Made by a program: the position numbers and the translations under genes. Of a stretch of 64,000 bases of DNA, positions 41,289 to 51,434 are shown in pieces (position 1 is the first letter of the stretch; every line of letters begins with the position of its first letter). The notes under the pieces are model-generated. The model was given only the letters and a program-made list of their open reading frames with translations. It searched no databases and was not told the DNA's origin. Source of the DNA: an uncultured Gammaproteobacteria bacterium (GTDB lineage Bacteria; Pseudomonadota; Gammaproteobacteria; UBA9214); assembly GCA_963748215.1 (NCBI GenBank), contig CAVVHS010000006.1, forward strand, positions 800,001-864,000, in the 5' to 3' direction.

Positions 41289-43964
41289 TTAGCGTTTTCG
41301 AAGCAAGAGTCGCAGCGGTCGTAATGCGGTATGCAACAAGTCACGAAGGTACGTGCGGGGATACCATTTTGACTTTCGCTGCACTGCCGCCCGATGCTCC
41401 TTGGGAGTCTTTTCAGATAGGGGCTTTTGTTCGGCTTGTGGCGGACCGGAGGGAACAGACCCCTTGGCAGTCTTCTTGGGGAGGGACTTTTGCTCGGCCT
41501 CTGGCGGGCCGGAGGGAACAGACCCCTTGGCAGTCTTATTGGGGTGGGACTTTTGCTCGGCCTCTGGCGGGCCGGAGGGAACAGACCCCTTGGCAGTCTT
41601 CTTGGGGAGGGACTTTTGCTCGGCCTCTGGCGGGCCGGAGGGAACAGACCCCTTGGCAGTCTTATTGGGGTGGGACTTTTGCTCGGCCTCTGGCGGGCCG
41701 GAGGGAACAGACCCCTTGGCAGTCTTATTGGGGTGGGACTTTTGCTCGGCCTCTGACGGGCCGGAGGGAACAGACCCCTTGGCAGTCTTCTTGGGGAGGG
41801 ACTTTTGCTCGGCCTCTGGCGGGCCGGAGGGAACAGCCCCCTTGGCAGTCTTATTGGGGTGGGACTTTTGCTTGCCTTCAGGCGCACTCGAAGAAGATGG
41901 GAGTGTCTTGTTTGATTCAATATCCAGGTGAAACCGCTCGAAAAGCGGAGCAGAAAGAGGAATCGCCGGTCGATCCTTGCCCGTATAGGTTAAGACCGCT
42001 CTACGAGGAATCCTGATCTCATAGAAATCGATAGCGACGGTAATGCTCCCATCAGACCCATCCGCGTCACGACGCTTTGTTGTATCTGCTTTACCATAGG
42101 AATAGAATCTATTTTTCAGAAAATAGATAAACATGTAAACATCATCCATGTTGACATCGGATTGTTTGTCAACCTCTTCACAAAAGCCATCCAGGTCATA
42201 GACCGAACTTCTCTTATTAATACCATCGAAGTGATAAAAAGCCTCCCCAAAGACAAAGCATGGCTTTCCCATCATCATGGCATAAATCCCGACTCGCGAA
42301 TTAATTAGTGCAACGCCGTCTGCCAATTCAAGCAAGTCGATAAAATGCGTGTCGTCCGGAACGTAGCAGGCGTACTCGAGTGGAATAGATTCAGCTTCAA
42401 GTGGATCCTTTTTACACAAAACGACCCAGCCGCATGTTCTTAATTTTTCGGCAGCCTCGTCGATGAAACGAAGAAAACTCTCGTAAGACTCCATTTCTCC
42501 GGCAAAATAGCGGATTTCAGTATCACTGGGCCGCTGCAGCGGCACAAATAGCACCTTTTTCCCACCAATCCGCAGCCTCGATGCCAAGGCATCACGCCCT
42601 ATCCTACCGCCCTCAGACTCCAGCGCGTTTACTCCCCAAAGGAGCCGCTTAATATACGTCTCGACCTCATTGCGTTGCACATCGGACAGTTCTAACTTCC
42701 AGTTATCGAGCGCATAGCTGGACGAATCAGCGCTGAATCCGTTGGGATCCAGAAACCAGCTATCAGCCAGGGCACCGCGCTCGAAACATAGATAGGGGAA
42801 CTTTGTCCGGCGGCACCAATTATAAATCTTCAAGCGAGCAGCGTTGGCATAGGGATTCGGAAAAAGAACCGCTTCAACGCCATGCTTCCCAAGCAGTGAT
42901 TCAAAAGCACGTTCATCCAGTTGATCGTCTTCGTCAATAAAATCTTGTTCGCTGACAAACAAGCGCTCCCCGAGTAGCGGGAATATATCACGCAAACGCC
43001 GGGCGGCATCCGTAAAAGGCTTACCAAAAAAGAGTATCTTGCGATACATGGCGTCAGCGTCAACCAAGGGCTCAGGATGCTCGCGTGTCTCGTCGAACTC
43101 TTTGAAGAACCTCTTCCAGATGGCCCGATTGACATCCATATTGCCGTAAAAGACGCTCGTCTTTGGCCTTTGGTGCCAGAGATGGACCACGAAAAGATTT
43201 GCCATTAATGCGTGGCGCCCAAGTAAGGAAAACTCTGAACGAAAGCCGCGGTAGTTCGTCGATTTCCATGATTTTGAGTCAGTATAGTAGTCGCGCGCAC
43301 GAGGCAGCACGCCTTCTTCACTAATCAAGCGATGGTAGAGTTCAAAGTCCTCGTATCCGTGCCCGCGAAATTCCGGTCGGTGCCCCCCAACAGACAGATA
43401 GTGCAGTCTGTCTACAACCATGACTGACGAGCATGGCGCCATGGTTTGTACCAACTGGCCATTCCCATTCAACCAGTGCAGATAGAAATCCATGAACCGG
43501 TGTGCCGGCTCCGCGGCAAGAAACTCTTCCGTCCCGGCTTCAGTTAGATACATGCAGGGGACAACAAAGAACCGCTTTTTACTCTTCGAGATCCCGAACC
43601 GGGACATGAATGTCAGCAACCGACCCCAATAGTCATCAGCGACGCGCAAATCCACATCGAGGAAAGTGACCGCAAGCCCCCGCGCCCGGCAGACACCAAA
43701 ATCCCGCGCAGCACCAATCGAAAAAGGCGCCCCCTCCGTTTCGTGATACAGGTAGCGAATCCCGTGTTGAACACAAAGTTGCTCGCTGTGAAGTCGGGTC
43801 TCCAAAGGGGACCCAGAGTCAACCACAATGAATTCGATCTGTTCGTTTTGCGGCAATGCAGCACACTGCTGTACTAGCCTTGCTGACAAATGCGGCAAAC
43901 CTGGATCCGCACGAAATGGAATGATTACGCTCAGGTTATGATTATTGAACTGCGCACCTGCCAT
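41289..43964 (-). CDS. Second GT2 + Capsule_synth fusion (paralog of 19267-21447) with C-terminal 21-aa repeats
   Basis: FLDVDL, GGHRPEFRGHGYEDFE, LQRPSDT; repeat KTAKGSVPSGPPEAEQKS. Confidence 0.82.
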   Translation of the reverse strand: MAGAQFNNHNLSVIIPFRADPGLPHLSARLVQQCAALPQNEQIEFIVVDSGSPLETRLHSEQLCVQHGIRYLYHETEGAPFSIGAARDFGVCRARGLAVTFLDVDLRVADDYWGRLLTFMSRFGISKSKKRFFVVPCMYLTEAGTEEFLAAEPAHRFMDFYLHWLNGNGQLVQTMAPCSSVMVVDRLHYLSVGGHRPEFRGHGYEDFELYHRLISEEGVLPRARDYYTDSKSWKSTNYRGFRSEFSLLGRHALMANLFVVHLWHQRPKTSVFYGNMDVNRAIWKRFFKEFDETREHPEPLVDADAMYRKILFFGKPFTDAARRLRDIFPLLGERLFVSEQDFIDEDDQLDERAFESLLGKHGVEAVLFPNPYANAARLKIYNWCRRTKFPYLCFERGALADSWFLDPNGFSADSSSYALDNWKLELSDVQRNEVETYIKRLLWGVNALESEGGRIGRDALASRLRIGGKKVLFVPLQRPSDTEIRYFAGEMESYESFLRFIDEAAEKLRTCGWVVLCKKDPLEAESIPLEYACYVPDDTHFIDLLELADGVALINSRVGIYAMMMGKPCFVFGEAFYHFDGINKRSSVYDLDGFCEEVDKQSDVNMDDVYMFIYFLKNRFYSYGKADTTKRRDADGSDGSITVAIDFYEIRIPRRAVLTYTGKDRPAIPLSAPLFERFHLDIESNKTLPSSSSAPEGKQKSHPNKTAKGAVPSGPPEAEQKSLPKKTAKGSVPSGPSEAEQKSHPNKTAKGSVPSGPPEAEQKSHPNKTAKGSVPSGPPEAEQKSLPKKTAKGSVPSGPPEAEQKSHPNKTAKGSVPSGPPEAEQKSLPKKTAKGSVPSGPPQAEQKPLSEKTPKEHRAAVQRKSKWYPRTYLRDLLHTALRPLRLLLRKR
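41424..41870 (-). repeat. 63-bp coding tandem repeat, about 7 copies, two alternating variants (SHPN/SLPK)
   Basis: ggagggaacagaccccttggcagtctt recurs every 63 bp. Confidence 0.92.
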
Positions 43965-44436
43965 ACCTTATACCTTACCACTACACATGCATCATCGCAC
44001 CCACGACCAAAGCCAGTGGATACGCAACCTCAACGAGTTCACTGGTTTAACGGCCGGGCATTATCTCCGCTTCGTCATCAATACAACGCTCATATTACCT
44101 TTAGAGGATGCTCGTAGTTCGTCTGGAAGCCGTTGTCAAGCATCCAGCCGCATTCATCTCTAGCGACGCCCGGTCCCGTCTTACGCGCAAAGCCCTGACC
44201 CCGATAATTCGACAATACAATTGGCACCGCTGCTTCAGTCTTATGCCGCTAAGCGGGTATTACCGGCAGGAAATATTCGTTACTGGCGTAATTGGAGTTT
44301 GCGCGCAGGGTGTTCGCCGCGATCCACAGGCGTCTTTCGATGGCTTAATTGTGTTCAAGTTGCGGCATGTTCCTTATGTTGTCCTTTTATGATTCTGGCC
44401 ATGCATACCAGTGCCTTCAACAGCGTTCGGCTAGTA

Positions 44437-45236
44437 GGGTATAGGAAGCATAACCCACGTATCTCGCGAGAATCCACCCGGGAACCGGCCGTCTCACCGG
44501 CATCCCTGCCCCTGAATCCCCGCACCCCGGCCGCCTGCAGGCCGCTCCCGGCCCTCTGCCACCGGCTTCCGCTGGCCTCTTCCTTTTTGTAACAGCCATG
44601 GCCCGGCCCACCGGCCGCAGCCCACCTTGCCCGCCTCCCTCCCGGGCCGGCAGCCTGGCCATGTGAATCCATGAATACCTGCTTGCGCCTCGTCACACCC
44701 ATCCGTCCGGCAGCGCACGCGGTGCCGGTAGCCGCAAACCCTCACGGACCGGCGCCGCTTGCTCCAGATGCGCCAGAATCTTGCCGATCACCGCCGGGTC
44801 CTCGATGCTGGCGATGATCTTCACCGCACCGCCGCAGGCCTGACAGGTCTCAACATCGACAAGGTGAATGATGCGCAGCATCAAGAGAGGGTGCCCTGGG
44901 GCATCCGGAATACGCGCTTGAAGCCCTGTGCCCAGGTCATCGCAGACCGGCGGGCCGCCGGCGTGTCCTCCTCTACCTCATCCGATGCCTTGCGGTTGGC
45001 ACCCCGGCCCCGACCCGCCTTCGTGACCCAGGCCCGGTGTGGACTGTTCGGTGCGAACACCCCGTGGTAGCGGGTCAGATTCACCCGTGGCCGCGGCACC
45101 AGCGCCGCCAGGCGGGCCATGAAATCCAGCGGTTCGAAAATGACGTGCGTGGTGCCGTCCCGGTAAGGCGTCTTGAGCTGGTAGCGCACAGTTCCCGAAG
45201 GCGTCAGCGACAGGCGCGGTTCGGCAATCGCCGGGC
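44437..45236 (-). mobile_element. IS91/ISCR remnant E, near-identical to D
   Basis: Same transposase C-terminus and oriIS-like end; lacks the 71-bp insert found in D. Confidence 0.9.
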
Positions 45237-45511
45237 CGCCGGGGTTCATTGAAAGGTAAAACACCGAAATTGTTTCTGGAACAACGTTACCAGCATGCGA
45301 TTGGTGAGCTGGATGAATCGAGGAAATATCAGCGCCAGTTTGAAGCCTATTACCATCGCAAGTGAAAAAAGGAACCCGGATGGTGGCAACAGAATAATTC
45401 AGCCAAGCCAGGCCTACAGTGTTGGCTTGTGGAGTAAGATATATCCGTCAGATAACTAATGCGTGTTTTATAAAGCAAGTTGAGGCAACAATCCTGCATT
45501 CCGCACGTTCT

Positions 45512-46456
45512 TTATACGGCGCTGTTAGCAGGCAATATTACTTGCTTGACCCTGTTTCTCAACTTCTTAAAATAACCTTCCTGATATAATATGCACTCGG
45601 GATAATAACCATACCCTTGGATTCTCCGCTCATCATTTGGATAAAGGCCTGGCCGTCCAATAAGCACAACAGGTAATTTAGGATTGAAAAGCTTACTCCA
45701 GGCTGACAATAAAGATGGCGTTTTTATAAGTAAGTCACACTTTGACAGCAATATGCTATCAACCAATGCGTTTAGTCCTTTTTGATAATTATTCGAATTA
45801 TCTTCAAAATGAACTTTTCCACTCGGACTGCTGTAGATAAATATCTTTTTACCTGAAATATTTTGTGATATATATTTTATAAATTCTGGCTCATCACTTG
45901 CTATGAATATTGAGTCGAACCTACTTTTATATTTCTCTATTATTGATAACACAAAAGAATTCTCAAATATATACGCTTCTCTATGTTTATCCAAACCGCG
46001 ATAGTGAATGCCTAAGACTTTTTTATTTAAAAATGTTTTTAAATAAAAATCTTCTGCAGCTTTCAGAACATAATCCTGAATCTTAATATAGTGATTAAAA
46101 AGTAATTTACCTGCACGTAATGTTGTAAACTCATTTTGTATTTCATTGTCTTTATTACCACGCGTTAATTCATTAATGGAATACCGATTATGAATCTCAC
46201 AATAATCCCCATTCGCATATTTTTTTAATGCCTGCCTGCGGCCTTCTTGTGATAATTGCTTATGCGTAAAATAATAATCAAACCAATTTTCACCATGACG
46301 GTGATCAATATTCCCCTTTCCGGCAAGAACGAAATATGGAATTAGATTATTTTCTGCGCAATATTTTGATAAAAATAAACAATAATTTAATTGTGCAAAT
46401 GTACCAATATTATGTTGAGATAATTTAAAAATCACTATAGCTTCAGAAAGCTTCAT
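45512..46456 (-). CDS. NodZ/FUT-like fucosyltransferase-fold glycosyltransferase (very AT-rich)
   Basis: LGIHYRGLDK, IFIASD and ALVDSILLSKCD..IKT.S.LS motifs; ATG 2 bp from the IS3 end. Confidence 0.75.
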   Translation of the reverse strand: MKLSEAIVIFKLSQHNIGTFAQLNYCLFLSKYCAENNLIPYFVLAGKGNIDHRHGENWFDYYFTHKQLSQEGRRQALKKYANGDYCEIHNRYSINELTRGNKDNEIQNEFTTLRAGKLLFNHYIKIQDYVLKAAEDFYLKTFLNKKVLGIHYRGLDKHREAYIFENSFVLSIIEKYKSRFDSIFIASDEPEFIKYISQNISGKKIFIYSSPSGKVHFEDNSNNYQKGLNALVDSILLSKCDLLIKTPSLLSAWSKLFNPKLPVVLIGRPGLYPNDERRIQGYGYYPECILYQEGYFKKLRNRVKQVILPANSAV

Positions 46457-46505
46457 AAAGAAGTGGACCCCGAAAATTGGACAGCCCGATAAGTGCTGCC
46501 TCGGG

Positions 46506-47330
46506 TCATGCTGCCATCCTGGCGGCGTCTTGGTAATACACACTGTCCGGCGTCTGCCTGTCAAGCGACTGATGCCGACGTTTGGCATTGTAGAACGCAA
46601 AATACCTGCCTAACGAAGCACGGGCGTCGCCAATGCTGTCGTAGGCCCTGAGGTAGACCTCCTCGTACTTCACACTGCGCCACAGGCGCTCGACGAAGAC
46701 GTTATCGACCCAACGGCCCTTGCCGTCCATGCTGATGCGAATGTCCTGTTGCTTGAGCACACCGGTAAAATCTTCGCTCGTGAACTGGCTGCCCTGGTCA
46801 GTGTTGAAGATCGCCGGTGCGCCGTAGGTCTCGATCGCTTCGTTCAGCGCCTCGATACAAAAACTCGTGTCCAGCGTGTTGGACACCCGCCAGGCAAGCA
46901 CCCGTCGCGAATACCAGTCCATGATGGCGACCAGATACACAAAACCCCTGGCCATCGGGATATACGTCACGTCGGTCGCCCATACCTGATTCGGGCGATC
47001 GATCACAAGATTCCTCAGCAGGTACGGATACACCCTGTGCGCCTGGTTGGCCAGGCTCAAGTTGCGCTTCGGATACAGCGCCGCCAGACCCATGGTGCGC
47101 ATCAGGCGCTGTACCCGCTTACGGTTGACCCAACGACCCTCATCCTCAAGCCAGTCCCGGATGCGCCGGCTGCCGTAGTAGGGATGCTCCAGATGGCAGC
47201 GGTCGATCAGCGCCATCAGTTCAAGCTCCTCCTCGGTGACCGGCTGGGGCACGTGATAAAACGTCGAGCGTGGCAGATCCAGAAGCGCGCATTGGCGGCT
47301 CACTGGCAACGGGTCCATCCGATCTACCAT
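46506..47330 (-). CDS. IS3 transposase OrfB (DDE)
   Basis: [15 protein letters not shown] and [15 protein letters not shown] motifs. Confidence 0.93.
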   Translation of the reverse strand: MVDRMDPLPVSRQCALLDLPRSTFYHVPQPVTEEELELMALIDRCHLEHPYYGSRRIRDWLEDEGRWVNRKRVQRLMRTMGLAALYPKRNLSLANQAHRVYPYLLRNLVIDRPNQVWATDVTYIPMARGFVYLVAIMDWYSRRVLAWRVSNTLDTSFCIEALNEAIETYGAPAIFNTDQGSQFTSEDFTGVLKQQDIRISMDGKGRWVDNVFVERLWRSVKYEEVYLRAYDSIGDARASLGRYFAFYNAKRRHQSLDRQTPDSVYYQDAARMAA

Positions 47331-47632
47331 TTCTTTCCTCTGGGCCCGTGAATCCGTTCGAGCCCGCGTTCTAAAAAATCGTTCTCCATCGTCAGCTGAC
47401 CGATCTTCGCGTGCAAGGCCTGGACGCTTTCTTCGGTATCCTCGGCTTTCCTGGCACCTTTACCAAACACGTCCGGTGCACCGCTGAGTAGCTGTTTCTT
47501 CCACTCAGTGATCTGGTTGGCATGCACATCAAACTTCTTGACCAGCTCCGCCATCGTCAGATCCCCCTTGATCGCTGCCAGGGCTACCTTGGACTTGAAC
47601 TCAGGTGAATGGGTACGTCTCTTTCGTTTCAT
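47324..47632 (-). CDS. IS3 transposase OrfA
   Basis: MKRKRRTHSPEFKSKVAL HTH; LHAKIGQLTMENDFL. Confidence 0.9.
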   Translation of the reverse strand: MKRKRRTHSPEFKSKVALAAIKGDLTMAELVKKFDVHANQITEWKKQLLSGAPDVFGKGARKAEDTEESVQALHAKIGQLTMENDFLERGLERIHGPRGKKW

Positions 47633-47733
47633 TGCTTCTCTCCAGAGCTTGTTGCTCATGATGGAGGAAAGCACTTATCATCGTCCAGTCACTGTCCAAC
47701 CGGTGGGGTCCACTTCTCTCTGATGTACCGATA

Positions 47734-47767
47734 AACCAAAAGACCCGCGCAAGGCGGGTCTTTTGGT
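47734..47767. terminator. Bidirectional-type terminator hairpin
   Basis: ACCAAAAGACCCGC-GCAAG-GCGGGTCTTTTGGT. Confidence 0.75.
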
Positions 47768-47772
47768 AAGGT

Positions 47773-47968
47773 AGCCAGCGACTACGATCGTCTGATTGAG
47801 GCCTCGGAACGTCCTGGACATGCCGACACTGCCATCACCCAGCGTGTCTTTCGACTGAAGCCCGTACGGATTCAGCCCTTAAAAAAGGCAGGGGAACCTG
47901 ATTCTACTGGACAATCGTGTATCTATTGGACAATCACTCATTCAAGGCAGCAGTAAGTCCTTGAAAAA
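47773..47968 (+). pseudogene. Second integrase C-terminal remnant plus arm region (direct repeat of ~6893-7086)
   Basis: ASDYDRLIEASERPGHADTAITQRVFRLKPVRIQPLK; TGGACA repeats. Confidence 0.6.
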
Positions 47969-48213
47969 TGGCGCGCCCGAAGAGATTACTCGGCCAAATT
48001 CTACTCGGGGCATTACTGACCCTCGCGCCCTGCGGGCCGCCGCCGCTGCGCGGCGACGTTCTCGGCACTTGCTCCCTGCATTACTCTCGGCTCTGGCATC
48101 CTGCTTCGCTCTACCGAGTCCATCCATGGACTCGTACCTCCTGAATGGCCCAGGCCAGCTGCTCGACCCGGACTATGCCCGTAATATGGCTAACCTTTCC
48201 CTGCAGTCGTGCA
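47969..48213 (-). other. att-like site: tRNA-Arg 3' end plus truncated T-loop insert
   Basis: TGGCGCGCCCGAAGAGATT-ACTC...; insert is homologous to the 58852 copy, then runs into a MITE fragment. Confidence 0.75.
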
Positions 48214-48346
48214 CCGGCGGGACAGCGACCCATTTTCCGGATCCTCCCCGTCAAATAGCTACGGCTACTCTCCTTGAATTATACAAAAAATGACCTCACT
48301 CTCCCACCCGGCTCGCTACGATCGCCCAGATCCGACAGACTCCTGG
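48214..48346. mobile_element. Partial MITE (right part of the 54543-54703 element)
   Basis: Aligns with 54574-54707, including the right TIR. Confidence 0.75.
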
Positions 48347-48373
48347 ATTCGATTATTCCTGAATTTATAGCTA

Positions 48374-48416
48374 TGTACGTTATCGTACAGACTGCGTTTT
48401 CTCATACGACTACTGT
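48374..48416 (+). promoter_or_regulatory. Putative Crp-family site with class II promoter
   Basis: TGTACG-TTAT-CGTACA; -10 TACTGT at 48411. Confidence 0.7.
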
Positions 48417-48596
48417 TTCACCAGCATCCGGACTGCCCGTGTAATTTGTCCTGACTATGTCACCTTTTCCTTTCCGCAGGCTGTTGCTGCGCAAGACGCG
48501 AGAGTAACGGAGTAGAGGGATGCGGCATGGATGCTCGATCTACTGTCCCGCCAGTCGGGACCCGAACAACACCTCTACGCTGGAAGGAGTATCAAG

Positions 48597-49158
48597 ATGT
48601 ACAACATACGCAATCATCCCCTCACACTCATGTTCGCGGCGGCAGCCATCGTCTCGATGAGCGTGATGAATCTGGCAAGTGCCGCAACCGCTGAGGATCT
48701 GGACAAGGATTCCCGACAGGCCTTGCAGACACTTTATAAAGCCGAACCTGTTGCCAAGACCCTTTCGCACACCGCCAAGGCTATCCTCGTTTTTCCGAAT
48801 ATCGTAAAGGCTGGCCTGGTATTCGGCGGCAGCTATGGCGAAGGTGAGCTGATCAAGGGCTCGAAGAGTGGTCGATTATTACAACTCCGTAACCGGATCC
48901 TGGGGTCTGCAAATCGGCGCCCAGTCCTACGGATATGCCGTGTTTCTGATGACAGACAAGGCCGTCAAGTACATCGAAGAGACGAAGGGCTGGGAAATTG
49001 GCGTGGGTCCGACCGTCGTGGTGGTTGACGAAGGGGTCGCGAAGAATCTTTCGACATCCACGCTAAAGGATGATGCCTATGCGTTTATCTTCAGTCAGCA
49101 GGGATTGATGGCTGGAGTCAGCATCGAGGGTACGAAAATTTCCCGAATCGAACGGTAA
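48597..49158 (+). pseudogene. SYLF/Ysc84 lipid-binding protein, frameshifted near 48865
   Basis: AKAILVFPNIVKAG..FGGSYGEG / GSWGLQIGAQ...GLMAGVSIEGTKI split between two frames. Confidence 0.8.
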
Positions 49159-49316
49159 ACCGGCACGGGGCGGACGCGATTTGCGTCCGTCCCGACTTGT
49201 CTGTCTCCCTCAAATACAGAGGGCGAAATTACAGCAGCGGTGATGAAGCATCAGGCCGCACCGAAACGATTCAGTCGCTGCCTCTGGAACACATATGAAC
49301 TCACAGGAGAATATCC

Positions 49317-49508
49317 GTGCCTTTGATTAACCTGGTCATCATCTTGCTCGTGGTTGGCGTACTGCTCTGGGTCGTCAATACCTACATACCCATGGACCGC
49401 AAGATCAGAAACATCCTGAACATAGTCGTGGTCATTGTGGTCGTGATATGGTTACTGCAGGTGTTCGGCGTGATGGGATCGCTGGATAGCATACGTATCG
49501 GCCGATGA
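49317..49508 (+). CDS. Small two-TM membrane protein (Thivi_2564-like)
   Basis: VGVLLWVVNTYIPMD..I..ILN.VVVI; AGGAG RBS. Confidence 0.8.
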   Translation: MPLINLVIILLVVGVLLWVVNTYIPMDRKIRNILNIVVVIVVVIWLLQVFGVMGSLDSIRIGR

Positions 49509-49684
49509 TGGCCTGAAAGGGTCATGAGACACAGTCAGTCTCCAATAAAAGTAGATCGATAGTGCGTTGGAAGTGGAGCCTGACACCTCGCATTCGCGAA
49601 GACTATTCCGATCCCCGTAACATCCATTACAATACCCGAAGCTGAAATAACCCGATTCGATGTGCGAATCGGGTTCTCATATGA

Positions 49685-50326
49685 GTGTTTGATCAGGACC
49701 TATCCGTCATGATCAAGAGTGAACGCTTCAACAGCATTTCACATCTGGTCGGTGCTGTGCTGGCGCTGGCAGGTGCCGTGGTGCTGGTTGTGGTGGCGTC
49801 GCGGGGTGACGATACACGCCGCATCGTGTCGTTCAGCATTTATGGCGCGACGCTGTTTCTGCTTTACCTCATTTCCACACTTTATCACGGCCTGCCGACG
49901 GGCCGTGCGAAGCACGTGTTCCGCGTTCTCGATCATCAGGCGATATATCTGCTGATAGCCGGAAGCTACACGCCGTTCACGCTGGTCGTGCTCGACGGTA
50001 TTGTGGGTTGGTGGCTGTTCGGTGCGATCTGGGGCATGGCGGTGCTGGGTCTGGTGCTCGATGCGCTGCCCCGGCGCGGCGCGCGGGTGCTGCCGTTTAT
50101 TATTTACTTCGTAATGGGCTGGTTGATAGTGCTGGCCATTGATCCACTGCTCGCGGCGCTGCCTCGCACGGGCTTCATCTGGCTGTTGACCGGCGGCATA
50201 CTCTATTCCTCCGGTATCGTGTTTTTTGCCCTCGATCGCCGTTACCCGTGGATGCACGGGGTATGGCATCTGTTCGTACTGGCCGGCAGCATCAGCCACT
50301 ATGTGGCGATTCTGGTCTATGTGTGA
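49685..50326 (+). CDS. Hemolysin III / PAQR family membrane protein
   Basis: E.FNSISH, STLYH, DH.AIYLLIAGSYTP and HGVWHLFV motifs. Confidence 0.92.
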   Translation: MFDQDLSVMIKSERFNSISHLVGAVLALAGAVVLVVVASRGDDTRRIVSFSIYGATLFLLYLISTLYHGLPTGRAKHVFRVLDHQAIYLLIAGSYTPFTLVVLDGIVGWWLFGAIWGMAVLGLVLDALPRRGARVLPFIIYFVMGWLIVLAIDPLLAALPRTGFIWLLTGGILYSSGIVFFALDRRYPWMHGVWHLFVLAGSISHYVAILVYV

Positions 50327-50475
50327 TAGCCAATAACGGTTCCGTAAGCAGTCGTATCGCAGGTGTCCTGAATGGCGATGGGCAAACTCCACGCACCTCG
50401 AGTCCGTAACCCGCTCGTTTGGATGGTGCAGCACCAGATCCTGTGGCCGAGTACCAGGGCATGGCAGGCGTGTTA

Positions 50476-50518
50476 TGTACGCTACCGTCCAGACAACCGC
50501 CAGGTCTCATTCCATACT
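50476..50518 (+). promoter_or_regulatory. Putative Crp-family site with class II promoter
   Basis: TGTACG-CTAC-CGTCCA; -10 CATACT at 50513. Confidence 0.65.
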
Positions 50519-50595
50519 AGTATTATTCATCTTCGTGAAAAACACTTACCCTTGGATGCGTATTCGACACAGGGATTGCACAGCCAGCTCTCAAT

Positions 50596-51378
50596 GTGCC
50601 GTTTCCCGGGTTTTCCGACACCAGGAGAGATCATTTGCCGCTCACCAGACCTGCCCCGGTTGCCAATCGTCTGCTTGGTGCCCTGCCGCGCAAGGACCGT
50701 CAGCGATTTCTGGCAGGCTGCGAGCCGGTCGAACTGGCATTTGCCGATGTCCTGACCGAACCTGGCGAGCGCATTCGCCACGTTTACTTCCCCACGGAAA
50801 GCTTCATTTCGCTGGTAACGCCGATCGATAGCCGCGCTCGCCTGGAGGTGGGACTGGTCGGTGACGAAGGCATGCTCGGAATCTCCCTCATACTCGGAGT
50901 GGATGTAGCGCCGCTGCACGCCGTGGTACAGGGAAAAGGTACGACGCTGCGCATGAACGTCGCGCCGTTTCGCCGCGAACTCGCACTGAGCCCCGCACTG
51001 CAACGGGGACTGAAGCGTTACCTCTATGTAATGATGGGTCAAATCGCGCAAACAGCCGCCTGTACCCGCTTTCATGTGGTGGAGGCGCGTCTTGCCCGCT
51101 GGCTACTGATGACACAGGACCGGGCGCACTCAAACGCGTTCCATGTCACGCATGAATTTCTCGCTTACATGCTGGGCGTGCGTCGTGTCGGTGTCACCAG
51201 GGCCGCCACTGCGCTGCAAAATCGCAAACTGATCCGCTATAGCCGCGGGAATATCACGATTCTTGACCGCGGCGGCCTGGAGGCCGCTTCCTGCGTGTGT
51301 TACGCGGCCGATAAGGCAATCTACGCCAGGATATTGGGCCAGAACGCCTGTCGGACTCAGGAAATCGTAGCGCGCTGA
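50596..51378 (+). CDS. Crp/Fnr family regulator
   Basis: [29 protein letters not shown]; [19 protein letters not shown]. Confidence 0.9.
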   Translation: MPFPGFSDTRRDHLPLTRPAPVANRLLGALPRKDRQRFLAGCEPVELAFADVLTEPGERIRHVYFPTESFISLVTPIDSRARLEVGLVGDEGMLGISLILGVDVAPLHAVVQGKGTTLRMNVAPFRRELALSPALQRGLKRYLYVMMGQIAQTAACTRFHVVEARLARWLLMTQDRAHSNAFHVTHEFLAYMLGVRRVGVTRAATALQNRKLIRYSRGNITILDRGGLEAASCVCYAADKAIYARILGQNACRTQEIVAR

Positions 51379-51434
51379 ATACGCCTGTCAGGCAACAATA
51401 TGAGGATCAGTGCGACAACACGCGGCCAACCGGA

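Larger units (their letters stand above)
46459..47717 (-). mobile_element. Apparently intact IS3-family element
   Basis: IRs AGAAGTGGACCCC...TTGGACA / TGTCCAA...GGGGTCCACTTCT; overlapping orfA and orfB. Confidence 0.93.

Noticed and set aside
41424-41870. Regular 63-bp periodicity as a CRISPR array
   Set aside because: No unique spacers, period is a multiple of 3 inside an ORF, and no cas genes.
41261-42016. Alternative-frame repeat ORFs
   Set aside because: Shadows of the 63-bp repeat.
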